Below, in pieces: positions 28,966 through 38,775 of a DNA stretch of 64,000 nucleotides (positions are counted from its first letter, which is position 1; each line of letters begins with the position of its first letter). A program made the translations under genes and the position numbers. The stretch is from NCBI GenBank assembly GCA_038065415.1, contig JBBTRA010000001.1, positions 7,894 to 71,893 of the forward strand. Direction: 5' to 3'. A model generated the notes under the pieces. The model searched no databases, had not been told where the DNA came from, and worked only from the letters and a program-made list of their open reading frames with translations. The DNA comes from Patescibacteria group bacterium (GTDB lineage Bacteria > Patescibacteriota > Minisyncoccia > Phycocordibacterales > PALSA-1337).

Positions 28966-29337
28966 TCACTGAAGCTTCTCAGGTTTCTTGTGGAAGATGG
29001 CGGTGTGGCCTTTCGTAGCGCCATACCTCGATTCTCCATTCCCAAACTGCTCGACGTCGGATACGATGGTCACAAGCTCAAGATTGGGATTCCCTTCGAT
29101 GAAGAGCACAATAGCCTTCCTAAACTCATCTCCCACAAAGGGAAAATGATAGACATTCTGGCCGCAGTGCCGCGGGTAGAGCCGTTCTGCTTCTTGTGCC
29201 GTGGTCGGAGGAACCGCTTTCTGACGATTCTTAATCTTATAAGCCACAGGCAGAATCATAGCGAACAAGATGCCTATGATTGCAAGAACGATGATGAGTT
29301 CGATGAGCGTGAACGCTTTCGTATTTCTATTTTTCAT
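28966..29337 (-). CDS. Type IV pilin / pseudopilin (prepilin-type N-terminal methylation domain)
   Basis: Starts MKNRNTKAFTLIELIIVLAIIGILFAMILP, a class III signal with the conserved Glu5. Confidence 0.85.
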   Translation of the reverse strand: MKNRNTKAFTLIELIIVLAIIGILFAMILPVAYKIKNRQKAVPPTTAQEAERLYPRHCGQNVYHFPFVGDEFRKAIVLFIEGNPNLELVTIVSDVEQFGNGESRYGATKGHTAIFHKKPEKLQ

Positions 29338-29528
29338 GGAGCCTTTCTTTCAATAACAAGGGTTACGGACCTTCGCTTGAAAAGTCTTCTGGAAAGAGAT
29401 TGACATACTCAATCAGAGCTGTCAATGATACACAGTTGACATTTTATTGTATGTGTATTATTTTATTCATAGTAAAACTGTGTGCTCGTGCATACAAGTC
29501 CACATTGAAAAAATAGTGAGAATCCCCT

Positions 29529-30011
29529 ATGAACACAACCTCAACAGTCCTCCCTGAAAGAATCCTTAGTATCACCCTCGGCAGCTGGGATCCCCACGGA
29601 CCTGAAGCGCAAGGTTTCAGGATAAGCCCTCAAGCAATTGCTGCCCTCAAACATTGTGACTGCACACTGACAAAAGAACGATCTCGGATCGACATTGGCC
29701 TTTATTCAGATCAATCCTTCGGATCTGATGTGCCACTCTCGCGCCGCGAGATCTATGCTCGCGCTCGCGCGGCAGGCCTCGCCTTGTCCCCTGCAGAAGT
29801 CGGTCCTTGCCTGCGTCAAAGCTATGTGGATCAACCCAATGGAGAGCGCATACTCGTGGCCATGGACCCGCTCGCACATGCCCGCGAACCGCTCTATGTG
29901 TTCGCAGTCGGATGCGATGAACGCGGGGCCTATCTTGATGTGGACGACGAGAATCCATTACCTTCTCTCTCCGACAAAGTCCGGCGCCTCTGGGCATTCG
30001 TCGTGTCGTAA
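29529..30011 (+). CDS. Hypothetical protein
   Basis: 160-aa high-GC ORF, followed by an intrinsic terminator at 30028-30056. Confidence 0.4.
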   Translation: MNTTSTVLPERILSITLGSWDPHGPEAQGFRISPQAIAALKHCDCTLTKERSRIDIGLYSDQSFGSDVPLSRREIYARARAAGLALSPAEVGPCLRQSYVDQPNGERILVAMDPLAHAREPLYVFAVGCDERGAYLDVDDENPLPSLSDKVRRLWAFVVS

Positions 30012-30027
30012 AATTGCTGTTCTCTAT

Positions 30028-30056
30028 CCGCTGTGACTCATACAGCGGATTTTTTG
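30028..30056 (+). terminator. Intrinsic terminator
   Basis: CCGCTGT-GACTCAT-ACAGCGG hairpin followed by ATTTTTTG. Confidence 0.65.
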
Positions 30057-30114
30057 TATTCAAAATAATAAAAAGCCGCAATATTTGTCATTACGGCTGG
30101 TTCCTACCCACACT

Positions 30115-30564
30115 TCACCTGTCCCTAAACACTGCGAAAACGCCATTCGAGATATTGAGGTTCTCTGGGAAATACTTGAGATCAATCATATGATCTCCCG
30201 TATACCAGACTGATGAATGATTCTCCTGTGCGGAAAACACTATGACAGGAACAAGATTCGTATGCTCGCGGAGATATGCGAATACAGGCTCGAACCGATC
30301 ATCATCGCTGGCCTTGAAGAAATACAAGCCTCGCCCCAAAGGAATGATCGAGGCATTCTTACTGAGCTCTGTCGTCAGTAATATGCGCATACTGACCATG
30401 TTGGGGACCACACCATCTCCGACGCGATTCGGCGAAGCGTTGGATGACGCATGAGCGACAGCGTTGGTCATCGGTGGAGGTGGTGGTTCGCCCGTTTGAA
30501 CATCACAGCCATTGCAGGCAAGAATGAGGGGGATTGCGATGATGCACACTACAAGTGATTTCAT
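30115..30564 (-). CDS. Lipoprotein, hypothetical
   Basis: Signal peptide with lipobox (LILAC). 149 aa. Confidence 0.5.
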   Translation of the reverse strand: MKSLVVCIIAIPLILACNGCDVQTGEPPPPPMTNAVAHASSNASPNRVGDGVVPNMVSMRILLTTELSKNASIIPLGRGLYFFKASDDDRFEPVFAYLREHTNLVPVIVFSAQENHSSVWYTGDHMIDLKYFPENLNISNGVFAVFRDR

Positions 30565-30725
30565 GCTATTGATCTCTTTCAGTTATATTGGTTTTTTAGT
30601 CCTGTGTTCAGAAATACCTGCAAATCACTCTATAATACTATATAGAAATGTCAAGAGCGACCATGAATTTCTGTGTATAAAAATCCCCTGTTCTTGCAAA
30701 CAGGGGTTGAAGCTATATCGAAGCT

Positions 30726-32303
30726 TCAGAACGGATCCAACAACAGGACAATCTCCACGCGCGGCAGACGATAGCCATAACTGCGATCGGACTCCCCAGG
30801 AACGCGTGGCAACGGCTTTGTTCCGCCAAGACCTTCCGCCCTCAACCGCTGAGCATCGATGCCATGAGTCACCTCAAGGTATCGCGCAACCGATTGTGCA
30901 CGAGCTAGAGAGATCTCCTTATTGGCATCTTGGTCACCACGCACATCGCTGTGACCACGTACACCAATTCTGAAGTTCGGGTAGCGTTTCATCTTCCCCG
31001 CTATCAGGTCGATGGCTTCCTTGCCCTCAAGGGTGATCTCATCAGTCCCACTCTGGAACTTGATCGGCTCAACCTTGAGCGTGCCGACGTCCTGCATGCG
31101 TGACCATTGTTCATCAGTGAGCGGATTGAATGTACCACTGTGACCCTGAAGACCCTTGCTTTCCTCTCCTCCAACATTGGCAAATCCAGACTTTACCGCA
31201 GTCCCATAGAGATCTGCGATGAAGTCGCTCTTGGTGAGCATGAGTGGATTGCTGTCAGGCAGTGGATTGCGATCGAAGTCTCCAACTTGACGGAGCACCG
31301 AAACGGCCGCGTCGATTGTGTCTGCCAGCACCCGCTCAGGCCTTGATCCTGATACTTGAGTACCTGCAACACCAAACCATGTACGAGCATTGTCTGTGAG
31401 ATTGACCCACGACACGCCCTTGACCATGCTTGCCGCAGAGACCTCGTCAACCTTGAGTTCAGCGGCGATATCTCGTTCCAGCTCCTTGGGTTCGTTCAGG
31501 TAATGTTTGAGCACCCTGAAATACGATTGCAGAAGCAGTGAGACAATCTCGGGACGACTATTCATGGTTTGCCGATTGGCCAGAAGCACATCGACGATCA
31601 CATGATCGGTCTTTTCGCTTCCAAGCAATTTGACTACCCCCTTGATCTCGAGCGCCTTCGAAACCTGCGGCTGCCACAGTGTGGCAACTGAGACTTCGCG
31701 ACGTTTGAGTTTTCCGAGAGCATCAGCAGAATCCTTGGAATGAATGAGGAGACCGGAGCTTTTGGAACGGAAGAGTGGGATATCGAAGTCGACACCCGCC
31801 ACCTTGATAAGGTGGTGTGACGGCGAATCCGGAGTGAACGCAACCTTCTTGGTGACATTATTCCGGAGCGCATCGAGCGAACCGATTTCGTCGGCGTACG
31901 CCACGATTGCATCTCCACCCTTCGATTCATCAATGACGGAAACGATATATCCCGGATAACCCTCTGGAGCACCATTCAGCACAAAGGCATCTACGGTGCA
32001 CACAGCCAGATTGACCGAGTCTTCCGCCAGAGCTTTCATGCGAGCTTTATAATCAGCATTATCAGGGACACACTCGACGAGGTATCCCTCATTGAGCATC
32101 TCCTTCTTGAGCCGCTGAGAACGGAGTGGGAAATACCCCACCCAGTCATCCACAGCGATGATGATCTTGCCCTTAGTTGCCTTCGCATCAGACATGCGTT
32201 TCTGCACATGCTTTGCAATGAACGGCGCGGCGACTTTCCATCCGAAGAGGCCCAGCATCGAGACGATGACGAGGCCGATGAGAACTTTTGTCCAAACTTT
32301 CAT
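30726..32303 (-). CDS. Membrane-anchored protein with a substrate-binding-protein-like domain fused to a C-terminal OmpA/MotB-like peptidoglycan-binding domain
   Basis: N-terminal TM segment (MKVWTKVLIGLVIVSMLGLFGW), an SBP-like middle region and a C-terminal OmpA-C-like block (RIGVRGHSDVRGDQDANKEISLARAQSVARYL). Confidence 0.6.
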   Translation of the reverse strand: MKVWTKVLIGLVIVSMLGLFGWKVAAPFIAKHVQKRMSDAKATKGKIIIAVDDWVGYFPLRSQRLKKEMLNEGYLVECVPDNADYKARMKALAEDSVNLAVCTVDAFVLNGAPEGYPGYIVSVIDESKGGDAIVAYADEIGSLDALRNNVTKKVAFTPDSPSHHLIKVAGVDFDIPLFRSKSSGLLIHSKDSADALGKLKRREVSVATLWQPQVSKALEIKGVVKLLGSEKTDHVIVDVLLANRQTMNSRPEIVSLLLQSYFRVLKHYLNEPKELERDIAAELKVDEVSAASMVKGVSWVNLTDNARTWFGVAGTQVSGSRPERVLADTIDAAVSVLRQVGDFDRNPLPDSNPLMLTKSDFIADLYGTAVKSGFANVGGEESKGLQGHSGTFNPLTDEQWSRMQDVGTLKVEPIKFQSGTDEITLEGKEAIDLIAGKMKRYPNFRIGVRGHSDVRGDQDANKEISLARAQSVARYLEVTHGIDAQRLRAEGLGGTKPLPRVPGESDRSYGYRLPRVEIVLLLDPF

Positions 32304-32467
32304 TGGGTATCCTTGGTTTTTGTTCTGTTGTTGTGTTGTAAGTGTACGTATGAAACTGTGAATGACCATAACATAATCAAACGATAAAGTCAATAGACTG
32401 GCAGTTCATATAAAAAACCCCTCTGCGTTGCCGCAAAGGGGTTGTGAACATGGTGCGAATGCCTGCA

Positions 32468-33178
32468 TCACTTGCTGAATGTGTCGGACTCGGCCAGCAC
32501 ATCCTGAAGGCCTTTTTTGACGGCCTCGGGCGATTGGGCGTCAGCATAGTGAGTCTTCCCTGGCTGATTCAGGCTATGACCCGATCCGATACAGAAGCCA
32601 ATCGTGTGGATGATAACGGGACTACGGTTGATCTGCTCGATCAGGCCATTATCGCCGTCATTCGCTTCTCCGTCAGTGACAACAACCAGGTGGTACTCGC
32701 CATAGTTGAGCTGTCGGGCCATCTGGACCTTCAAGCTCTCGAACGCGATCCCCATCGATTGATACAGCGGCGTACCGCTATTAGCGTAGATGTTATCGAT
32801 CGCCTGATCGAACATCGCCCGGTCACCATTTGACAAGGCAACCCTTTCGGAGATGCCGTTGCTGTCGAAGACGAGCAGGCCAAGGTTATCCTCGGGCTTC
32901 AGGTTCCGCGCAAATTCCTTCACCGCCTGCTTGGCGACGTCGATCTTGCGCGAATTCCCGGCACACTTGCTTTCTTGCATGCTACCCGACCCGTCGAAAA
33001 CCACATAGTAGTTCCGTCGAGTGAGCTTGCTGTCCTGAACGGGCGCCGATGCTTGTTGCGGCACCTCCTCAGACTGAATCTGAGACTGCTGCACCGAGCC
33101 TCCCCCTTGGGAAGGGTCGCATCCTGCAACCCAACAAAGGAGTGCCGCCGCCACGAAAGGCATGATGATTTTATTCAT
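32468..33178 (-). CDS. VWA-domain lipoprotein
   Basis: Lipobox (LLCWVAGC). The VWA domain carries a MIDAS motif (DGSGSM...T...DGEAND). Confidence 0.75.
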   Translation of the reverse strand: MNKIIMPFVAAALLCWVAGCDPSQGGGSVQQSQIQSEEVPQQASAPVQDSKLTRRNYYVVFDGSGSMQESKCAGNSRKIDVAKQAVKEFARNLKPEDNLGLLVFDSNGISERVALSNGDRAMFDQAIDNIYANSGTPLYQSMGIAFESLKVQMARQLNYGEYHLVVVTDGEANDGDNGLIEQINRSPVIIHTIGFCIGSGHSLNQPGKTHYADAQSPEAVKKGLQDVLAESDTFSK

Positions 33179-33202
33179 ATGGTATTCCTTTTGGGGCGAT
33201 GG

Positions 33203-34897
33203 TTACTTGACCGGCACGAACACGTCGGATTCTGCTTCCACGTTGGCGATACGGAAGACAACGCGCATATTGGCACGCCATTCCGCTTCATTTTCAGAAG
33301 CGAGAGGCTCGCCTTTGTACACGCCGGCTTTCTCGACACCTTTCTTCGGCTTCATAGCGCCATGCCCGACCGTAGTCACCTGACTCTCATCGAGACTTAC
33401 GCCTTTGCTCTTGGAGTATCCAACGAGCCCGTCACGTACACTGTTCGCGCGATTGAGCGACAGATTGATACCGGACTGCTTGCGCTGTCTGGCTTCAACC
33501 ATGTTGCCACTCTTGAGCGAGGTCAGGTAATTGTTCGGGTCGCTATGACCTTCGACCGTGAGGATCGCTCCCCGATAGGTCGAAGCGAGCTCAATGACCT
33601 TATCAAACTGATCCTTGTATTGAGCAGGATCGAAGTCCACGAGCTTGGGTTCGAATACCACCTCGAAGGTGAAGACGCTTTCCAGCGCATCCCCCTTCTT
33701 GGCGACCAATGCGGCAACCGCCGCCGGATCGAAGCGAGAACTTTCTGCTTCAACCACGGTATTCCGCAAACCCGACTTGATTTTCTCATAGTCGAATCCT
33801 GCGGACGCGAGCGTTGATTTGCTGGCGAGCAGCCCGAGCTTGATGAGCGCCTCCTGGTTCTCAGAAGACACCTTCTCGAAGCGACGGGGGTAACTGGCAT
33901 CAGTGAAGAACTTGACGTTCCCCTGGTATCCGACGAATGTGCAGTCTGCGAGGAGGCCTTTGGCATCATCGATCGCGTCCTTGCTGTCCAGGAAAACCTG
34001 GGCGGCGGAGGCCATGAACTTCTGATCTTTCGAGGCGTTCGCAAGCTGTTCTTCTGCAACCATGAGCGCATTGACGAACGCTTCGACTTCTGTCGGATGA
34101 TCACGGAGATAATCCGCGCGCACCGCATAGACGTCGGCGATCACCCGGTCCGCAGTCTTGGTAGACATGAGGTACCGCGCGCCTTTGACTGTCTTCTCTG
34201 CACCGCTGCCGATCTTGCCGGGTCCACCGGTAAGCTGCATTGCGTCTGGCGATATAACGAAGGCCGCATCAATCGAGGTGTCGGACCGGAAGGCTTCAGC
34301 GGGACTGTTGTCAGTACCGGTGATATCCTTCACATACTTGATCTTGACCTGACCGATATCCACGCCGGCATCCTTGAGCGTTTGCACAAGGAAGTCGACG
34401 TGAGGGCCATAGGCTTGAACCACAATCGTCTTACCCTTGAGATCAGAGGCCTCCTTGATAGTAGGCTTGACCACGAGGACATCGCCGCCGGACGACCAGG
34501 TCATCTGATAGATGACGATCGGACGGACGCGAGGATCCTTGAGGGCAGATAGCGCCTGATTGATCATACCGACCGTACCACGAAGGTATGGTTGGCCTGA
34601 CATATAGTCTTTGATCTGATCCGGGAAGACATCCTTGCGGATAATCTTGAAGTTCAGCTTCTGAGCGTTGAACAGACTTCCCGGTTGAGTATTCACTGCG
34701 CCACCATTGGCGTGCAGTGTAGCGATATCGCCGCCCCAGGTAATGACCGGGAGCTCGATGGCGCCAGACTTGACCGGACCGACTGTGCCCGTAACGAGCT
34801 GATCGAGCGGTTTGTTCTCAATGTATTGCGCCGCACTTGCGGTGAGTCCAATCATTGCCGTTATGAGCATCGCGAAGGATGCAATCATCTTCTTCAT
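33203..34897 (-). CDS. Secreted NMT1/SsuA-like substrate-binding domain fused to a C-terminal OmpA-like domain
   Basis: Signal peptide (MKKMIASFAMLITAMIGLTASAA), an SBP-like region of about 400 aa, and an OmpA-C-like C-terminus (ILTVEGHSDPNN...LSLNRANSVRDGL). Confidence 0.6.
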   Translation of the reverse strand: MKKMIASFAMLITAMIGLTASAAQYIENKPLDQLVTGTVGPVKSGAIELPVITWGGDIATLHANGGAVNTQPGSLFNAQKLNFKIIRKDVFPDQIKDYMSGQPYLRGTVGMINQALSALKDPRVRPIVIYQMTWSSGGDVLVVKPTIKEASDLKGKTIVVQAYGPHVDFLVQTLKDAGVDIGQVKIKYVKDITGTDNSPAEAFRSDTSIDAAFVISPDAMQLTGGPGKIGSGAEKTVKGARYLMSTKTADRVIADVYAVRADYLRDHPTEVEAFVNALMVAEEQLANASKDQKFMASAAQVFLDSKDAIDDAKGLLADCTFVGYQGNVKFFTDASYPRRFEKVSSENQEALIKLGLLASKSTLASAGFDYEKIKSGLRNTVVEAESSRFDPAAVAALVAKKGDALESVFTFEVVFEPKLVDFDPAQYKDQFDKVIELASTYRGAILTVEGHSDPNNYLTSLKSGNMVEARQRKQSGINLSLNRANSVRDGLVGYSKSKGVSLDESQVTTVGHGAMKPKKGVEKAGVYKGEPLASENEAEWRANMRVVFRIANVEAESDVFVPVK

Positions 34898-35115
34898 AGT
34901 ACTGTTGTGCCTTTCTTGGTTTCGTTGTTTGTTTGCCAGTGTTCTGACGAAATAGCTGAGCACAATGCAATTATTTGCACCATGTTGTCAATGAACACCT
35001 TTGTACGTGAAATTAGCAGAATAATCGAGTTTTGTCAAGTACCACACAGCACATACTCTCACCTGACACCAAACCTTGACAAAACCTCATATTCGGGCTA
35101 ATTTTCAAGCAGATC

Positions 35116-35667
35116 TTGGCTCAACAAAGCCAAGTGCTCCAAAGAACTATGAAAAAGATCAAAACGCTGGTTATTACCCGGAAGACGGCTTTGCCAGTGG
35201 CTATCCAAAAATGCATTGAAGCACTGGGCAGTATCGCTGCCCCGCACATAGCGGAAGTGAACAAAATCGCCGACGCTCAACAATTGCTCAAAACCGAACA
35301 GCCGAACCTCATCCTCATCGACGGGGACTACGGCCTATTGGACAGCGAACGCTGGATTGCTCTGTCGAAGCTCACCCCCACCGCACTCAAGCTTCAACTG
35401 CTCGAAAATGATCGTGAGTTGCCGGAGAGCCTGCAAAAGCTCAAGTACCTCCGCGCCCTCAAGGAGGACGGTGTGGCTGTCGGTATCTTCATCGACAAGC
35501 CGAGCGAAGCGGTCATCAAAGAACTCGGTCGCCTCGGTGCTACATTCGTTCGTCCGAGTCTGAGCAGCATCACTTCAGGTGAAGCATCCTTCTTCCAGCT
35601 CATCCAGGGCGGCAAGACCGTATTGGCCGGCCTGCAGGATATCGGCAAAGCCTTGCTTCCCAAATAA
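35116..35667 (+). CDS. Hypothetical protein with a degenerate receiver-like domain
   Basis: It has KTLVITRK...LILIDGDYG spacing that resembles a REC domain but lacks the acidic pocket. The probable start is MKKIKT at 35149. Confidence 0.35.
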   Translation: MAQQSQVLQRTMKKIKTLVITRKTALPVAIQKCIEALGSIAAPHIAEVNKIADAQQLLKTEQPNLILIDGDYGLLDSERWIALSKLTPTALKLQLLENDRELPESLQKLKYLRALKEDGVAVGIFIDKPSEAVIKELGRLGATFVRPSLSSITSGEASFFQLIQGGKTVLAGLQDIGKALLPK

Positions 35668-35686
35668 TCGTCACCTCGTACGACAT

Positions 35687-35716
35687 AGCGCGCACCATCT
35701 CGATGCGCGCTTTTTA
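35687..35716 (+). terminator. Intrinsic terminator
   Basis: AGCGCGCA...TGCGCGCT hairpin followed by TTTTTAT. Confidence 0.6.
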
Positions 35717-35723
35717 TATACTT

Positions 35724-36290
35724 CTAATATTTCCTCACCACTCCCGTCACCACTGCCGCTATCTTGATGTCATACTCTGGATATATCGGCTTATACTTTT
35801 TGTTGGCAGGTTCAAGATAGACCTGATTTCCCTTCTTACGAAAATACTTCATAGTCCATCCTCCGTCCACTTCGGCGATGACGATGTCGCCTTCTTTGGG
35901 GTTCGACGCGCGCTCCGCAACCACCAAGTCTCCTTCTTGGATGCCTGCTTCTATCATCGAGTCTCCTTTGACCTCGAGCAGGTAGGTTTTATCTTTGTCA
36001 TTAATAAGATACTCATCGATGCTCAAGGTATCGAGCACCGTCTCTTCCGCCACCGTCGGGAATCCTGCCTCGACGAGTCCGAGCATAGGCACCTCTCCGA
36101 TGAGTTTGTTTGGGATGAGGCGTCCGCTCGAGTCCTTGTCGAGCACACCTTCTCCAACAAGCTTGTTGATCAGTTTGTAGACGGCATTCTTGGACTTAAA
36201 GCCAACGAGAGTCATAATCTCTGCATATGTCGGCATGCGTTTGGTCCTCTTGTAGAATCCAAGTATTTTGTTTTTGTATTCAGTAGTCAT
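35724..36290 (-). CDS. lexA: LexA repressor (S24 peptidase)
   Basis: N-terminal wHTH domain. The C-terminal domain has the catalytic Ser (VKGDSMIEAGI) and Lys (GWTMKYFRK). Confidence 0.9.
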   Translation of the reverse strand: MTTEYKNKILGFYKRTKRMPTYAEIMTLVGFKSKNAVYKLINKLVGEGVLDKDSSGRLIPNKLIGEVPMLGLVEAGFPTVAEETVLDTLSIDEYLINDKDKTYLLEVKGDSMIEAGIQEGDLVVAERASNPKEGDIVIAEVDGGWTMKYFRKKGNQVYLEPANKKYKPIYPEYDIKIAAVVTGVVRKY

Positions 36291-36328
36291 ATGCTCTGGG
36301 CAGGGCGTATATACGATAACTATACCAT

Positions 36329-36520
36329 CTAGAACGCAAAGGCGAATACTCTCCCGAAAACACTCTCCGTCCTCGTCAGACGACGAAGCTGTTCGCTCAA
36401 CATTTTGTGGCGGAGCGCCTGTCGGCGGTATGACACTCCCTTGATAATACGAAGATCGATGTCTTGATTCAACCTCTCGATCTCCATGCGGATAGTTTTG
36501 ATAACTTGGTGTTTACTCAT
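36329..36520 (-). CDS. Small basic hypothetical protein co-transcribed upstream of lexA
   Basis: 63-aa ORF located 38 nt upstream of lexA on the same strand. A LexA box lies in its promoter. Confidence 0.45.
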   Translation of the reverse strand: MSKHQVIKTIRMEIERLNQDIDLRIIKGVSYRRQALRHKMLSEQLRRLTRTESVFGRVFAFAF

Positions 36521-36557
36521 GGTGGTGGGGGCTTAAACTTGTATGCTATAAGTATAG

Positions 36558-36573
36558 GTGAACAATCGTTCAC
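36558..36573. promoter_or_regulatory. LexA operator (Cheo-box type, GAAC-N4-GTTC)
   Basis: Perfect palindrome GTGAACAATCGTTCAC, 38 nt upstream of the small-ORF/lexA operon start. Confidence 0.7.
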
Positions 36574-36648
36574 CTGCAAGTGGAAGCTGGGGATAACCGG
36601 GGGTGCATTACTCCCGAGCAATCCCCAGAGGGGATAACCCTGAATCTC

Positions 36649-38757
36649 CTAGTACTTATTGCGTATAATCCATTGAGCCGGCCTACCTTTCACCTGAATA
36701 TACTTCTCTACTTCCGTATAATTGCCAGCTTTATCATATGCACGCAAATTCACAGACACCAATCCCGGATCAGTGAATGGTACATACGTCTGCTTTCCTA
36801 CCGGGAGATACAGATCACTTCCATCTATGTCGACATACATCGTACTCTGTAGACCACTACCCGTATCCTCTGCCTCAAACTCGAACCTCACCACGTCGCC
36901 CACGTCGACACTATCCGCACTGGATCTGATTACTGCACCCGTCGGTGGAGCAGTATCGATCATAACCCGGTAATGACGCACCTCGCCAAGTTTACCCGCA
37001 ACGACAGGAGCCACATGAAAATAGAAAATCCCATCACTAGGAGCAAGGAGTGTTGCGTTCTCCCCTGATGAGCGTACACCTCCCACAGGGATCGTGCTGG
37101 AATCCTGATCGAGCGCATATACAAACTCTGTCGTGCTAGCTGAACTGATCCAAGAGAACTCGAGCTTTCTCGAAGCATACCAACGGCTTCCATTGGGATG
37201 TGTCGGAGAATGCACAATGAGGGTGGATGCAACATTATCTATGAAGCGGTAATTGCCATCAACCGCGATGCGCAAGACATTAGTGCCGAGCCCATCATTG
37301 GCGAGCACCTCTGTCTCATCTGTAAAGATAAAATCCGTAGAACCCGCTTTCTTCGGCTTGAAGATAATATTCGCAATCACACCCGATGAGCCGGAGAAGC
37401 CCGGAGACACGAGTCCGCATGCAATCCTCACTTTCCCCTCCGAAGATTCTATACTCCTCTCCAAGAAGTGGGTACACAGTGAATTCTCGGTGCGCATATC
37501 CATTACCTCGATAATATCGGGATCATACTCCATGATGGCAGCAACCGCATTGATTCGCTCACTGCCCGTGTTCACAAGAATAGCGACACTGCGCTCGAAC
37601 CTAACATCAAAAACTCCCTGCTCAGGTTGAAGACGCATAGTTGAGTTGTACAATATGTACGGGATTGGTCTGAGTTGGGCATATGGCACGAACGGTACAC
37701 GCGACAAAATGACCATGGCTGCAGCAATCAGAAAAGCAAACGTAGCGAGCGACCAGTAATAATAACGCGTACGCAAGGCCGCGGAAGGATGCTTCTGTAT
37801 GACAGCAAACGCGAAGACCGCTAAAGCAAGTAGAATGATGCCCATGCGTACAGGGGCAGAATATCCATGATACGGGACAAGAATGAGCGCGCCTCCTGGA
37901 TTCGTAGCCTCTAGACCAGGGAACTGCACATTCTCAACTTGGTAGTACGGACCCTTGCCCAGACGGACCAGTGTGCCTGTCTTACCGAGGCGTATCCAGT
38001 CTGAGTCTATATTGAAGTACGAGACGATCATCTGCCGCATCTCAGGGTCCGAAATAGAAGAACCATAAATACCATAATCTCGTGTATAGAAAATAACTTC
38101 TACACCTGGCCGCATGTAACGCTCAGCAAAACGCTCAGCATAAGGATCATCCATGAGATAGTTCGCAAAAACCGCCCCGAGCATCGTACCACCAGCATCA
38201 TATACGTGCCTACCCGTCGTCATCAGGAGCTGTACAGGATCAAAACTACTCGCTTCCACCGACGCTACTTCACGTGCACCGGCCCTGATCGCACGCCCTT
38301 GAGGTGATGTCAGGAAAACATTCTCACCCGTACTCGATGCGCTCCGAGTACGGGTGAGAATGATACCGTGAGAGTCAGCGAATCCCATCAGACCGATGCT
38401 TCGCGCATCCTTTTCTGCACGAAGAAGCTCTAGGATAGCAGAAGGATTACCTGACGATGCGGCTTCTTGGAACCGTTCCGTATTCGCTACAGCATTCCCT
38501 TGTGTTATTAGATAGGATTTGTCCGTCGAAATTCCTCTATCAAAATCCTGACGCGAGTCCTGCGTCTTGGAAGAGGTCCAAAAACAGGTCCCGTACATGA
38601 CAACAGCAGTCAGTAGAACAAAGACACCCACAGCAGATGCAGAGGCGATTCGCAAAGATGGAGAGTTCCAAAAGAATTTTCGCCGAGAAGGCTTCATAGC
38701 TGGTACAAGTATAGCAGAGTACTGAATCACGACGAACCTTCTAATCCGGATTGACAA
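36649..38757 (-). CDS. Large membrane-anchored extracytoplasmic protein, hypothetical
   Basis: About 680-700 aa. The likely start is MKPSRRKFFW at 38697. It has an N-terminal TM anchor and a beta-rich C-terminal region with Ig-like character. Confidence 0.5.
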   Translation of the reverse strand: MSIRIRRFVVIQYSAILVPAMKPSRRKFFWNSPSLRIASASAVGVFVLLTAVVMYGTCFWTSSKTQDSRQDFDRGISTDKSYLITQGNAVANTERFQEAASSGNPSAILELLRAEKDARSIGLMGFADSHGIILTRTRSASSTGENVFLTSPQGRAIRAGAREVASVEASSFDPVQLLMTTGRHVYDAGGTMLGAVFANYLMDDPYAERFAERYMRPGVEVIFYTRDYGIYGSSISDPEMRQMIVSYFNIDSDWIRLGKTGTLVRLGKGPYYQVENVQFPGLEATNPGGALILVPYHGYSAPVRMGIILLALAVFAFAVIQKHPSAALRTRYYYWSLATFAFLIAAAMVILSRVPFVPYAQLRPIPYILYNSTMRLQPEQGVFDVRFERSVAILVNTGSERINAVAAIMEYDPDIIEVMDMRTENSLCTHFLERSIESSEGKVRIACGLVSPGFSGSSGVIANIIFKPKKAGSTDFIFTDETEVLANDGLGTNVLRIAVDGNYRFIDNVASTLIVHSPTHPNGSRWYASRKLEFSWISSASTTEFVYALDQDSSTIPVGGVRSSGENATLLAPSDGIFYFHVAPVVAGKLGEVRHYRVMIDTAPPTGAVIRSSADSVDVGDVVRFEFEAEDTGSGLQSTMYVDIDGSDLYLPVGKQTYVPFTDPGLVSVNLRAYDKAGNYTEVEKYIQVKGRPAQWIIRNKY

Positions 38758-38775
38758 AATAGATATATCGTTATA

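Noticed and set aside
32975-33817. 280-aa plus-strand ORF
   Set aside because: It is antisense to the VWA and SBP-OmpA genes. The minus-strand genes have clear signal peptides and domain motifs.
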